From: Callorhinchus milii
Taxonomy: Eukaryota
DNA: 64,000 nt
Reading direction: 5' to 3'
Assembly (NCBI RefSeq): GCF_018977255.1
Contig: NW_024704761.1
Coordinates: forward strand, 2,232,001 to 2,296,000
A program made the position numbers and the translations under genes. Position 1 is the first letter of the stretch. Each line of letters opens with the position of its first letter. Shown here in pieces: positions 10,886-25,100 of this stretch. The notes beneath the pieces are model-generated. The model did not search any database. It had not been told where the DNA came from and saw only the letters and a program-made list of their open reading frames with translations.

Positions 10886-12690
10886 CCTCCACAAAGTGCC
10901 TTAATAATTAGACACACAAAAAATAATTAGAATATCAATGAAAAGGTTGTACGAGCTCAAATACAAGAAACAAGCAATAGAGTAGAGAACAGCTGGACAG
11001 CTTAGATTGAAATTGATTTGTGGGTGTCAATATGTGGCACAGTTAGTGCAGGAAGATGGTGAAGGCGGACACTAAGTTCTTACTGGAGGGTTCTAGGGTT
11101 TGTACTCGAAAACATTTCTTACGATATCAGAGCAAGCTGGAGGAAATAGCAAATATTTTGTTTGGGTCAGCCAGATGTCTGACACATGCAGAAACCCATC
11201 ACCATGCTTAAGCATCTCCAAACCAAGCTGAGAATTCCATGCATCCCACCTACACATAGAAATTCCAAAGTTGTCTATTGGAAAGGAATATGGACTCTCC
11301 CTGGAGGGACTCCTTCTGCTTATCTAATTCCGGACAGTATTACGTGCAGATTGGCGAGAGCCAAGACTTGGTACATAAATAACAAGTACACATATAGCCT
11401 AAAAAAAGTTAGCCACAGGGGTTGGGGGAAAGGGCAGCTAAATGGGACTGAAAGGATTCCTCTTTTTTCTACAAAAAAAGCAGCACAGACACGATGGGCT
11501 GAAAGTTCTCCTTCTGTGCCGTAAACTTCTGTGGTTGCATGTAGGTCGCAGCGTGAAGTGAATGTTGTTGGTGAAGGACACAGAGGAAGTGTGCCCACTA
11601 ACCTTTCCCGGCAGATCTTACACACACAAAGCCACAGAGAATCACGCAATATTGTAAGCAACGGTCTATTGTGACATCAAAGGTTAGAATGTCCCACATA
11701 AGGACAATGTTTGGAAAGCATATTGCAGCCATTGGAGCCTCCTCTCGGAGAGGATAAATTGGGACAGACATGAGATAACAGTTAGTCCCACGTTGGTTAT
11801 AGTCTGAAAGCCATTAACAAGGGATCAAATTGTGATCTGACGTTCCCAACGTGGGCCTGGAACCCCCTCCAAACCAACCCACCCCCAACCTTCTGATGCA
11901 GAGCGTGTGAGCGAGCGAGCGACCGAGTCCGGCGGTCATCAATCATCACAGAGCAGCCAAATCAAACGACGCGTGACAAACCAGCTCCTTCGTAACAACA
12001 ACCGATGAGGGGTCAGATGGGCGCTATCCTGACGATGGCCGAGATCCTCACCCTCTACGACTCAGGCAGGTGCTGCAAAATGGAAATCAAGCAAAGGCTA
12101 CCAGACAGCACGTGGCAGGAGCAGCGCGGCTGGTACATGAGCAAAGGTGGCAGGCTCTGCCCTCATTAACCATTGCCGCAGGAGAACATGTGTCTGCCAC
12201 GTTTGTACAATTTGTCAGAATTAACGGGACTGCGGGTGCATTACGACACAAAGGAAGTCCAGGGAAATCAACACGTTTTATTTCTTCAGCAGTCGGTGCC
12301 GCAGTGAGTTCATCTCTCTGCTCTCCACGTCCGCTGCTCGCACTCCTCTGCTCGCCCCCTCGGCTCAGTGAATTCAGGTTTGCTGCACGTCCCCCCCCCC
12401 CCCCGCCCCCCCCCCCCCCCCACCCCCCCCGCCATCGGTGGATGTTCTTTCAGATTCTACGCCCCCTAAGCGCTCTGAGAAGCTATCCCGCATAAAGGGC
12501 ACTGTGTGAATGAGAGGTGCGGTGTCTTTTCTGACCCAAGTCCAACGGGATTTTTAGTTCGGTCCCTTTTTCGTGTTTTGCTTTTTTCGCAGTCAAGTGT
12601 AGTGACTGTATTTGTAATCGAATGTGGGAATTGTTTTCGGTCGTACGCACGTCTGACACATCACATGTCTGACGGTGACAGATACAGGTA

Positions 12691-13047
12691 CAGTGACACA
12701 CACACACACACAGACAGTGACACACACACAGAGACACACACAGTGACAGACACACAGAGATACACACAGTGAGAGAGATAGACACAGAGACACACACAGT
12801 GACAGACACAGAGACACACACACAGACACACCCACAGTGACACACACAGTGACAGACACAGTGACAGACACAGTGACACATACACAGACACACACAGTGA
12901 CACACAGTGACAGACACAGAGACACACAGAGACACACCCACAGTGACACACACAGTGACACACACAGTGAGACACAGTGACACACACAGTGACAGACACA
13001 GTGACACACACACACACAGTGACACACAGACAGTGACACACAGTGAC
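12691..13047. repeat. CA-rich tandem repeat (CACAGTGACA-type units) upstream of XYLT2
   Basis: Visible degenerate tandem array of CAGTGACACA / CAGAGACACA units. Confidence 0.95.
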
Positions 13048-13081
13048 GTTACCCACCACAGGAGCAGACGCACACGTGCGG

Positions 13082-13146
13082 TGACGCTGTGACGTGTGTG
13101 ACGCGGTGACGTATATGACGCTGTGACGTGTGTGACGCGGTGACGT
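13082..13146 (+). promoter_or_regulatory. Array of eight TGACG (CRE/ATF half-site) motifs just upstream of the XYLT2 ATG, in CpG-rich sequence
   Basis: TGACG at 13082, 13090, 13099, 13107, 13116, 13124, 13133, 13141, organised as a duplicated ~34-bp unit. Regulatory role is inferred. Confidence 0.55.
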
Positions 13147-13169
13147 ACCGGGGGAGGCGCGGAGGGAAG

Positions 13170-16100
13170 ATGGCGGCGCGCGGGCGGGCGGCGAGGCTCC
13201 TGCGCCGCTACCGGGGCCCCGCACTGGCCGCGCTCGCCATCCTGGCCCTGCAGGCCCTGGCCGTGTGGCGCTTCAGCAGCCTGGAGCAGGCCCAGGTAGG
13301 CCTCACACTCACACACTCACACTCACTCACACTGACACACTCACCATCACTCTCACACTGACACACTCACTCACACTGACACACTCACTCACACACTCAC
13401 ACACTCACAGTGACACACTCACCATCACACACTCACCATCACACACTCACCATCACACACTCACTGTCACACACAGGGACACACTCACCATCACACACTC
13501 ACCATCACACACACACTCACCATCACTCTCACACTGACACACTCACTCACACTGACACACTCACTCACACTCACACACACTCACACTGACACACACACTC
13601 ACCATCACTCTCACACTGACACACTAACTCACACTGACACACTCACTCACACTGACACACTCACTCACACTGACACACTCACACTGACACACTCACCATC
13701 ACACACACACTCACCATCACACACACACTCACCATCACTCTCACACTGACACACTCACTCACACTGACACACTCACCATCACACACACTCACCATCACAC
13801 ACACACTGACACACTCACTCACACTGACACACTCACTCACACACTCACACTCACACACTCACTCACACTGACACACTCACCATCACACACACACTGACAC
13901 ACTCAATCACACTGACACACTCACACACTCACACTGACACCATCACACACACACTCACCATCACACACACACTCACCATCACACACACATTCACCATCAC
14001 TCTCACACTGACACACTCACTCACACTGACACACTCACTCACACTCACACACTCACACTGACACACTCACTCACACTGACACACTCACTCACACACTCAC
14101 ACTGACACACTCACTCACACTGACACACTCACACTGACACTCACTCACACTGACACACTCACACTCACTCACACTGATACACTCACCATCACACACTCAC
14201 ACACACTCACACTGACACGCTCACTCACACTGACACACTCACACTGACACACTCACCATCACACACTCACACACTGACACATTCACACTAACACACACAC
14301 ACTGACACATTCGGACCAATTTACACTGACACACACACACTGACACACTCACCCCTATACACATTCACACTGACACACTTGCACCAATACACAGCCACAT
14401 TCACACACTCATATCCCAATACACACTCACCCCACACTCACACACATACAGCATAACCTGTTCACTGACACACACACCCCACACTGACACTGACATACAC
14501 ACTCCCCAATACACACTCACACACACTGACACACACACCCTCACCCCACACTCACACACGGGGAAGTGGTGTTCGTTCCTGAGGGTTTTTGTCTGATGTG
14601 GGATTTGCTTTTTGAGGTGTAAAGAATTGTGCTTTAATCAATGTGCATTTCGCCCACAAAATCTACAGTCAGTTCACTTTACAATATATCCTGTGAAGTG
14701 CTTTGAGACGTCTCGAAGACGTGATAAGGTGCTGTATCAAATACAAGAATTATTATGAGAGATAGAAGTCAAGAGCATAGCAGGGAAGGGGTGACCGGGG
14801 CGTAAATAATGTATTTATCGAGGGAAAGGGAGAGTTATTAGAGTTTGTGATTTGATTTGGACATTGGATATCGGAATCGATTGCACCATATCTGGATAGA
14901 GTTTGACTCTGTCACGGGTTCAACCTTCACTGTCATAATTTGCCTTTACACATCTTACGTGGCAATTGCTTACACGTAACTCTGACCGTAATGGTCAGAC
15001 TCATGGTCTTCTGTGTAGTTTGATGTACCTTCTGGGTTTAAGTAGAGATGCTGTATGATATGCAGTTAAGCAATGTTGTGGGTGCACTATGGCGTAGTCG
15101 TTGGTTAGCGACATGGTTACTCAAGATTTTACTGCCCAGTTTTGACAGTAAATTGAATGTTCAGTGTGTTTTACATTCACTCATGTGGATAAATTGAATA
15201 CCATGTGAGAGAATCTGTATGTGTGAGCCTAATAATAATAATAATAATAATAATCCTTGCATTTGATATAGCGCCTCATCACGTCTTCGCGACGTCTCAG
15301 AATGCTTCGCAGAATACACTGTAATGCCAGCAGAATTAGAGATCCAGGTGGATCGCTGTTATAAACTGATGGTATGGGTCTGACCTCGCATTGTAATGAG
15401 GAACTCTTAAAAATTGCCCAGGTCAACACACGTCATCGAGTCACAGCTGATATCGCTTCCTTTGAGAAGCAAAAAGTGATGTCAACAGCACTTACTGTAC
15501 ACGGAGCTGTCAGTCAGGGCCAGAAGTGCACTGAGCCACAATACGAGCAACACGATAGATAGACAACCTTCGCCAAATTAGGTGCGTTGTAACTTGTTGG
15601 CCTGTAGTAGCACAGACTTTGGGTGAAAGTTCATCATAGTGAGAGAGCTGGATTAACATCCAAAAAGGCATACCGGCATGTTGGGCCTCGGAACTTGTTG
15701 ATGCCAGTGATATATATATATCAGTACTTGCTGTTCAGACGAAAACATTTTCTTTTCCTATGCAATGAAATGGATAAAAAAAAAAGTTTCGTGAGATGAT
15801 ATTTTATAACTGTCGTACCGGAATCAGGAGGGGGACTGTCTGTGTATTTGTGGGCGAGACTCGGCCAATATTAGGCGCCTCTGTTAATCCAGCTATGTCG
15901 CTTTTTCCTGGGACCTTGCTAGGTCGTGTGTCTCCGGTGCAGGCTGAGAAGTGTTGTCGTCGACTGAGCCAATGGGAGGGTTGTGTATTTTCTGATGCAC
16001 TGAATGTCACACATTGACAGTAATGGTTATTAAGCTTGCACCGTGTTGTCATGTTGATTGCAGAAACCCAGGTTATTTCAAGTTGCAGGAATTTATCACA

Positions 16101-19100
16101 AATGCCGGATTATTGTAAGTTGCTGATGTTTTTTGTACAGTATTCATAAACAAAAGGGCTACAGTGACAATACCTGTGATATAAGAGGCATTTCTACAAA
16201 CGCACTGTAAATATTTACCAAGGTGATTCCAAAGAAACATTTGATAAGGTAAAAGTTATTGATTCTACAGGCTAGCCAAAGCATTTGACTACAAAATACC
16301 ATCAGTACACTTTTCAGAAAATCCTGTGAAGCGTTTTGAGATGTGGTATTGACGTGAAAGGTGCTATAATAAATGCAAGGATTACTATTTATTAAGCGGA
16401 GGTTATAAGGGAAGGAAAGGGAAGACTGGCTCATTAAGTCATTCGTCTGCTGAGGGAAAGCAACTGGAGGCTCCAAATTGATTCACACAAATCTGTGAAG
16501 GCTTCAGAGTCGCACTGCATTGGCTCAGTCGTGGATTGTGGACAAGTGCCAGCTCTCCTTCCTGCCAGGCTGGGAATGTCGGAATAGAGCCTCCCTCAGA
16601 AAGTAATAGTTCTTTGGTTCTTGTGGGTTACTTCAGTGTTGAACGTAAAACACATCTGAGATAACATTCAGCCTTCCAGGCACCTACGTGGCATGTTGGA
16701 TGCACTCTCTCTGCCAGAGCCTTTTCCTTGTTTCCACTACTGTTGCCAAATTCAGATAAATATCAAAGCATTTCCTTTGCTCATTCAACCAGCTGGCCTC
16801 TCACAGTTCAGGGCCTGATTAACAGTTAAATTGTTATAGGTTTCAGGCTGCTCAGCTCAGAAACCTTACACCAACTAACGCAAACCAGAATGCAATGTTA
16901 ACCTGTTTTTCCATCAACCTTACACTTATATATAGCCCCCTTCATGTAGATTAATATCTTGGAGCACTTTACAGAGCGGTGCTGAGTCTCAGTGAGGCAG
17001 AGAATTGGTATTAGCTCCCGTGATGTAAAGCATGGGTACTGAGGCTCAGTATCGCAGAGCATTGGTACTGAGGTTCAGTAACGAGGACTGGTCCTGACAG
17101 ATAGTAACAGAGTATTAATACTGAAGTTCAGGAAAAAAAATACTGTGGCCAGATTCCGAAGTATGACTGATTTATGACTGATTTTTCCCATCTTTAATTC
17201 ACAGAACGGGAGGCCTAAAAGGACCAAGTTACCAGACAGTAATGATGTTGATAGCTCAGACAGTCGTCACCTGGGGACCATTCGGCAGCAGGGCAGGTGG
17301 AAGTTGGCCATTCGGAGGACAGGTAGCACGGCCAGCGTGCTGAGGACCAGCCTAGTGTGGCGCAAACCCACGGCCCAGCGCCCGGGCCCTCCACGGGTCC
17401 GTGCAGGTGACTCTGTCCAGCACGAGCCATCCATCAGCAAAAACATCAGCGACCCCAAGGGGGAATCGAAGAACAGCGACACAGGGAGCGTGGGCGGAGC
17501 GCCACAGCCAACCAGCCCTGACTTCACTCCAAAGTGCGAGGTTGTGGGGAAGGATGCCCTGTCTGCACTGGCGAGAGCCAGCACACAGCGCTGCCAGCAG
17601 GAGATCGCCAACGTGGTGTGTTTACACCAGGCGGGAAAACTGATGCCACAGTCAGTGCCTCGTCACTGTCACTTGTCAGGTACCACCCCCTGCCCCTCCT
17701 TCTGACCTGAAAGGCCCGGTGTAAAGGTTATTGAACCGTACAATGTGTGGTGACTGTGGAAGCTCTGATCTGCAATTGCGCCTTGTTATTACGTTGATTG
17801 GGGATTTTATGAACCTAAGTAAAACGGGTTCAGCTGTACTTGGGACACATTTTATTTAATTTGCATACTGCGATGTTCAAGAGGAAGCTTGAGGGAGAGG
17901 GGAATAGAGGGTGTGGGTGGGAGTAAAAAGTGGTTGACTTAACCCTAAATGTGTAGTATAAACACTGGTATTGACTGGTTGGACCGAGTGGCTTGTTTCC
18001 CTGCTGTACATCCTTTTTAACCAAGAATCTTTGTAATATTAAGTAGTGTGACCACAATGTGCTCACTTGACTATCTATTTTGCTAGCTGCATGACTTCCC
18101 TGCTCACATTATTGGACGGAGGCTAGGAAATTCACAAATCTCTTCTTTTGTCAATTAAAACGGTAATAAGGACATGCTAGATATTTACAATTTCTTTTAG
18201 TTTCACAACAAGTTAGCACTCCAGCTCAGGTTGCCACTGAAATCCAAGTTAATTGAGTGTTCAACCGAGGAGAGCGGGCGTATTGATAATGGGAAATGTC
18301 ATTAAAACATTTATGTTCCGAGTCTTGGAATAATTGAGAAAGCTAGTTTTATCCCTTGAGGATATAATGGAAATGATACGTTCAAGTTGAATCCCAGCTG
18401 TAACCAGACACGACTGATAAAATGTTACAGAAGCCTTGAACAATTGTCTCCTTACCTCAAATGGAGCTAATTACTGCTGTAATGACCTGTTATATGCTGC
18501 AAGATTTTGACCTTGAACTGAATAGTTTGGCTGGAGGTTACTGTGCTGTCCCTGTGAGAACACAATCCAGCCTGTTTCTTCCTGATCAACCACAACAGCA
18601 AATTACACTTGTGAAGTGCCCTTCACGTCAAAAAGCCGTCCCAGGACTCTGGCCAATCAGGGGTTTTGATTAAACACGACAAGAGTCAGTGAAATCAGTG
18701 AGATTCCTCAATAGTTCTGATTTCACTCGAGTTACCACTGTTGTCGATAGATATCATAATTTCACACTGGAACATTGACGGAGTCTGTGCTTCAGACAGA
18801 ATCCTTAGAAGGGCAGCTCCAAGGAGAGATGACAGTTCCTGGTATTAATCTGTAAGACCCTTGCTGTTTTATATCAGCTCCAAAAGCTGTTTTGCACATC
18901 ATTTGACTCTTTCAGGGTTTTGTAATAGCCAATAGATCCCTGAATAGCAAACCTGGACATTTGTCCCTCGGTGATAGCAATTCATCACTGTCATGGCATT
19001 CCTTGTTGTGTCAGGATATATTCTGCTGTTTAATTGAAGTGCTTGTGGAGGCTGCTTTCAAAGGCCTTAATTTGTACAGGAGTTTAACAGCAGCGTGCTA

Positions 19101-22100
19101 GAGATGCTCGTTCTTTGCACTGAGAGAAAGTGCTTTGATAGTTTCATTTTCATGCAGGTGATTCTTGAACCTTTAGCAATCCGATGGAACAGTAAGCCCC
19201 ACCCTGTAGGTGTTGGACTACATGCTACACACCTTTTGCTTGCAGGGTTAACAGGAGGTGAGTTGAAAGGTTTCCATGCACCAGTGACTAGTCTGCTCCA
19301 AGTCCATGCCCGGACTCCATGCTGTGTGCCAGGAGAACAGTGGGTGAATGTTAACACATGGAATGTTCCCAGTAGAATTTCCCCTACGCCACCTCCCACA
19401 AATCATTGACCTACACACCTGTCCCGCTTCCGGTCACTCGGTCCCTTCCGAGGGGAAGAAGCAGAAATAATGTAATGTTTCGGTTGCACTGAGTGGTGTG
19501 GTTACTGGTTATGTATTGAGCCTCTCGTTTGTTTGCAGGAAAGTCAAATGCCAATATTCAATGGGAAGACAGTGTTGTGGATCTTGCATTAATCCAGAAG
19601 CCGGTTAAAATTGTTTATGTCCTCGTCATTCATGGCAGAGCAGTCAGGCAGCTGAAGAGACTGATCAAAGCCATCTATCATCGGGATCATTTCTACTACA
19701 TACACGTGGACAAGGTATAGGCTTGTCATAACAATAATAATCTATAGCCTTTTGGGGGAGGCAGAGAGTTCCAGATTTCAACTTCCTTTGGGGTGAAAAA
19801 CTGCCTCCTGATTTCATTCATAAATGGCCTAGCTCCTAGTTACAAGATTATGCACCTTGTTCTGGATTCCCTCACAGCTTGAATAACAGCTTAAAAATTA
19901 AGACTGAACATTTTCAAAAAGAATAGCCCGACTGACTATCATTTTGTAATATGCTTACTGTGTGCAGCTGCTCTGAGGGTAATCTGCCCATTACACACTC
20001 AATGCATCAGTGAAGAGCTGTGCAATATTCATTCAAAGGGAATTTCAAAACACTTAAGCAGAGATGGAGTTCAGTCAGACTGCTCGTGGCGTTTGGAAAA
20101 TCTTCCTCAAGCTAATGATGAGAGTAATTTTCACCCAACTCTGAGGAGGTATTAATAGACCAGCTGGAGATTCATTCACCAGCTGTGCTTCGAGGGCAGG
20201 ATATTGAATGCAGTCAGCGTATAATCATCATGTTTTTCCCATTGTAACAGTGTTCTTCCACCCATTAGAATCCTGGTAGCTTATTGCTTTCAATATTCCA
20301 AATGTGTTTGCCATAGAAACATTCTTTGTTATCCAGATATCGTTTAATTTCCAGATCATCCTCAGCACACATACAGTTGGACCTTGTTATATCCTGTATA
20401 ACAGGTCTGTAAATAACATGAGCATGCATGCACATGCAGTATACATGACAGAGCAAGTTACATTTATATAGCTGTTACAATATATGGCTCAGTTATCACT
20501 GTGTTTACAGAACTCCTTTATTGGGCCATTAGATAAATCAGCAACCGTACATCAAATTCCTATCATCTCACCTGTGTTCACCCCCGGTGCTCTATTTATA
20601 AACGTTCATTCAGTTCCTCTTCCTAGCTGTCCCAGCTTGTGCCAGACGTAATATATTCCCTTTCCCCCAACAAAACTCTGGATTATCCTTCCCTTGTTGT
20701 CCTGGGTGACATGTTTGCTGATTCTTCCAACATACAATCTTTGAACGTAGCTTCTGTGCAATTATGTTCCTGTAGCGTTCCAATTACCTGCACAGAGAGA
20801 CACTACAGCTGGCACAGCACTACCCAAACATCCGTGTGACGCCCTGGCGCATGGTGACAATCTGGGGAGGGGCAAGTCTGCTGAAGATGTACCTGCGCTG
20901 CATGAAAGATCTGCTGGAAATGACAGAATGGCAATGGGACTATTTCATCAACCTGAGCGCAACAGACTACCCCACCAGGTCAGTGCCCGGGTAACGGAGA
21001 GAGCTTGTAGTGAAACTGACATGACCGGAAGCTGCTACAGGGCAGACTTAGAGACTCGGTGTCTCGTGTTTTGTTCCCGGGCATTTGAAGGTTTTAAAAG
21101 CTTCCAGCTTTCCAAATGCCCCAAACTTTCTATCGCATCAGCAAACTAAGATTTCCTATGAATTTTCAGCAATATTATTACAAATTCCTGAGTAACATTT
21201 ACAACTGTAAGCTGGCTATAGATTTAATAGTTATGCAAAAATGTTCACAGATCATTTGTTATGCTAAAAAAAATGTTTTTGATCTGCAGGACAAATGCTG
21301 AGCTGGTGGCATTCCTGTCCAAATACAGAGAGAAGAACTATCTGAAATCTCACGGGCGGGACAATGCCAGGTACGTGGGAGGGGCTGTCTGTCAGTGTCA
21401 CTCAAACATAAACCCACAACCATTCAGGATGGATGTCAGCTATAGTGTGTGGGGGTAGGGGCTGGGGTATAATGCAAGGTGGGGCAGGTGGGCTATTCAC
21501 CCACAAAATACACTTGTCAATTCACTCTGCAGTATATCCCGTGAAGCGCTTTGAGATGTCTGAACGATGTGATAAGGCGCTATATCAAATGCAAGGATTA
21601 TTTTTATAATTTATTATAGTGCTGGGGGTTTATGGTGGGGGATAGTGCTAGGCTTGAAAGCACACCTCAGAGACTGGAGTCTTACCAGCTGAATGAGGTT
21701 GTATGAATGTGATTGGACTGCACTCTGCTGCTCTCCCAACTCTCCCAACGTTGAATTTACACATTGAACCGTTATCGAGATTGCTCATTACATTTAGGCT
21801 CAGCAACAATGTGAAGTGAAGCTGGGAAGGTTACCATTGGGCAATGCTGTGAACAGTCCGTTGCTGTGAAAGATTCATCAGTGAGCAGTTCTTGTTTCTC
21901 TGAATTTTCCAGATTCATCAAAAAGCAGGGCTTGGACCGACTGTTCCATGAATGTGACGACCACATGTGGCGGCTGGGAGACCGGCAGATCCCAGAAGGC
22001 ATTGTGGTGGATGGCGGCTCTGACTGGTTTGCTCTGACACACAAACTCGTTGAGTATGTGATGAACACACAGGACGAACTAGTCATTAAACTCAAACACT

Positions 22101-25100
22101 TCTACTGGTACACACTGCTTCCAGCCGAGGTAAGGTCTAAAACCAGTCAAAATTGGTACAGCTCTTGTCAGGTTCTGTTACGAGATCCCACACACATCTG
22201 TATAAGGTCATATGTTTTGCCACAAGAGCCAGACGAGAGGAAACATAGGCTGGAACCGAGGGGAATTTGATCTCGGCGATTAGTTAAGCAGGTTCCATCC
22301 CTCCAGGGAGAGACTGTGCATTCCATTCCGCACACAGGAAATTTTCCATGTGAAGGTAGCGTTCAGATGTGGATCTCTGAGTCTGGTTTGAATCTTAACC
22401 AGGTTTTGAATGTGTCAGATACCAGGTATATCTCTATGAGACAATTGGTGTTTTGCCCAATGTAGGAAATTATTTTCCATAATTCTATATTCCACATTGG
22501 AAAGCGTTTGAGTTCATTGGACAATGTCTAGCTCTTAAGTTTGGGTTTTCTGAGTTTCACAATGTGTGAGTAACCAATATGTGTCAGGTTGGACTGGTAG
22601 TTGAGAGTTGGTGATTGTTTTTCTTGTCTCCCCACAGTCCTTCTTCCACACAGTGTTGGAGAACAGCCACATGTGTGAAACGTTGGTGGACAACAATCTG
22701 AGAGTCACTAACTGGAACAGAAAGCTGGGTTGCAAGTGCCAATATAAGCACATTGTGGATTGGTGCGGCTGTTCACCTAATGACTTCAAGCCTCAGGACT
22801 TCATTAGACTGCAGGTAAGTGGAGCCACGGCTCCTCTCTCTGCCTCGCTCACTAATCAAACAGGCCAGTGGGCAATCCCATCTTCCAGCAACAGGCTGAA
22901 ATTCCGAGAGTCTACCATTGAAAAAGTTACCGTCAGTTTCCGAATATTTTTCTGATTTCGGAACCCTGCAATATTCCAGGAAGGAACAGGCATCTTCCCT
23001 ACAAACTGCCAGCGAGCATGATGAGGCACAGCCCGCATGTAACTAAGCTTTTATGCGGAGATTTGCTGACTGGACAAACCAGGACTAACTCCCCGTCTCT
23101 TGATGTTTGGATTCATTTTGTTTTCTCGATTTTACTTACAGCAAATCACCAGACCTACATTTTTTGCAAGGAAATTTGAACCCACTGTCAACCAGGAAGT
23201 GATCGATATCTTGGATTCTCACCTGTATGGCAGTTTGCCCCCGGGCACCAACGCACTGAAAGCGTACTGGGAGAACGTCTTTGATAGCGTGGACGGGCTG
23301 AGTGGGCTCACTGACATCGCCCTGACCCTCTTCACATCCTTCTTCAGGCTCGGACTAAAGAAGATCCAATCGTCACGGCAGTCAGGGGTGGAGGGGCACT
23401 GCAGGTGAGGATGAAGCTCCTTTGCCTAATTGGAACCTTCCCAGCTTCACTTCACATCGGTGCAGAGCTTAAATGTAACAAGCAGTCCATTGTACCCTCT
23501 CCAATGCCAAGATATCTTCACTGTCTGATGTGCGGAATATAAAGGTGTCTATCATCTGTATACGTGTGGAAGTTAAACCCGTATCTGCGGATGACATTAC
23601 CGAGAGCGAGCACGTAGACGAGGAAACATAATTAAACTAAAATCTAGCAATGCTACGCTGGAAACTCGTATCTGCTGTGGACTAGCACGACAGACTCCAA
23701 ACAAACATCGTAATCTACTTAAACAACGTCATAAACTGCTATTTATCCAAATACAAACCAGCATAGCAAAACTATACATTAGCAATCTAGCAAGCAGCAG
23801 GAATGGTAATGTAATCGAGAACAAGCTAACATCACACTGTGTGTAGATTGGCCACTGTGTTTACACATTGCAGTGAGTCCTGTGAGATATCCATCTGACC
23901 TGAAAGGATGCTGTATCAGATGCAGGAATTATACTGTACTATTATAATAATAATAAGCAAACGAGCACCCAGGAGAGGGAGATGAGAATTGGGAATAGAG
24001 TAGAGAGCCGCAGTGATGGCAAGCGGTGGCAGAGAGCGGAGCTGTGTGGGATCAGCTCTAAAGTGCAAATCTAGAACCAACACAGTCTCAGAATATTTTC
24101 ATTGTAATTCCCAGGTACAAACCCGTGGGATATCCCCTCTCTGTCCATCTCTATTTCTATGATGACCGATTCCAAGGCTATTTGGTGATGCAGCAGGCGG
24201 ACAGTCTGACCTCAGGCCAGACAGAGACGCTGGAGACCTGGGTGGTACCTCGATCGCCGATGCACTTGTCAGACCCCGGCACGGAGCCCGACCGGCTACA
24301 GGCTGTGGAGGTGAGTGTCCCTGCATTGCTGCCGATGTGCAGCACCAACTGATTCACTGTTTTCTGCCCTCATCCTAGGCAGCAGTCACAATAGTGAGGA
24401 CAAGGGGATAGGGTGGACAGGACAGCCTAATGGTCAGCCTCAGTGTGGCCAGTGAACAGGAGAGTGGGATGATATTCGCTCGAGTGGAAAAAAGCCATAA
24501 CATAGACTTGATGGGCTGATGCTATCGTTAACTCTGATTTCATGAGATTAGGGTCTCATGGTCAGGCTGACAGGATACTATGGGCTTTGTACCTCTCTCT
24601 GTTGGCTTTGGATTGACACTTTACCCTGTGACCCGAGACTGGAGTCTGTCCCATTGTTTATTTTTGTCCTCTAGGTGGGGACTGAGTGGGACCCGAAGGA
24701 ACGCTTATTCCGCAACTTTGGGGGCCTGATTGGACCATTGGATGACCCCGTGGCAATGCAGAGGTGGGCCAAGGGCCCGAACATGACAGCCACCGTGGTG
24801 TGGATTGACCCCACGTACATCATAGCAACGTCGTATGACATTGTGGTCGACACAGAGACGGAATACACCCATTACAAACCCCCACTCAACCACCCGCTCC
24901 GCCCGGGGGCCTGGACCGTCAGAGTGTTACACCTCTGGGAGCCACTGGCGGAAACTAAATTCCTTGTGGCACCCCTGACTTTCAGTAGGAAAGAGCCATT
25001 CAAAAAAGGTAGTCGATAATAATCCTGGTATTTACCCAGAAAGTTGTTACGGGTGAAAACAGATTCGATAGGCACTTGGAGATGCTACCCTGCGTGGAGG

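Noticed and set aside
12483-13316. Long Cys/Val/His-rich ORFs (277, 187, 148 aa) on the minus strand
   Set aside because: Translations of the CA-rich satellite and the antisense of XYLT2 exon 1.
18689-18727. Small hairpin (AGTGAAATCAG / CTGATTTCACT) in XYLT2 intron 2
   Set aside because: An 11-bp stem is too short for a pre-miRNA and has no other support.
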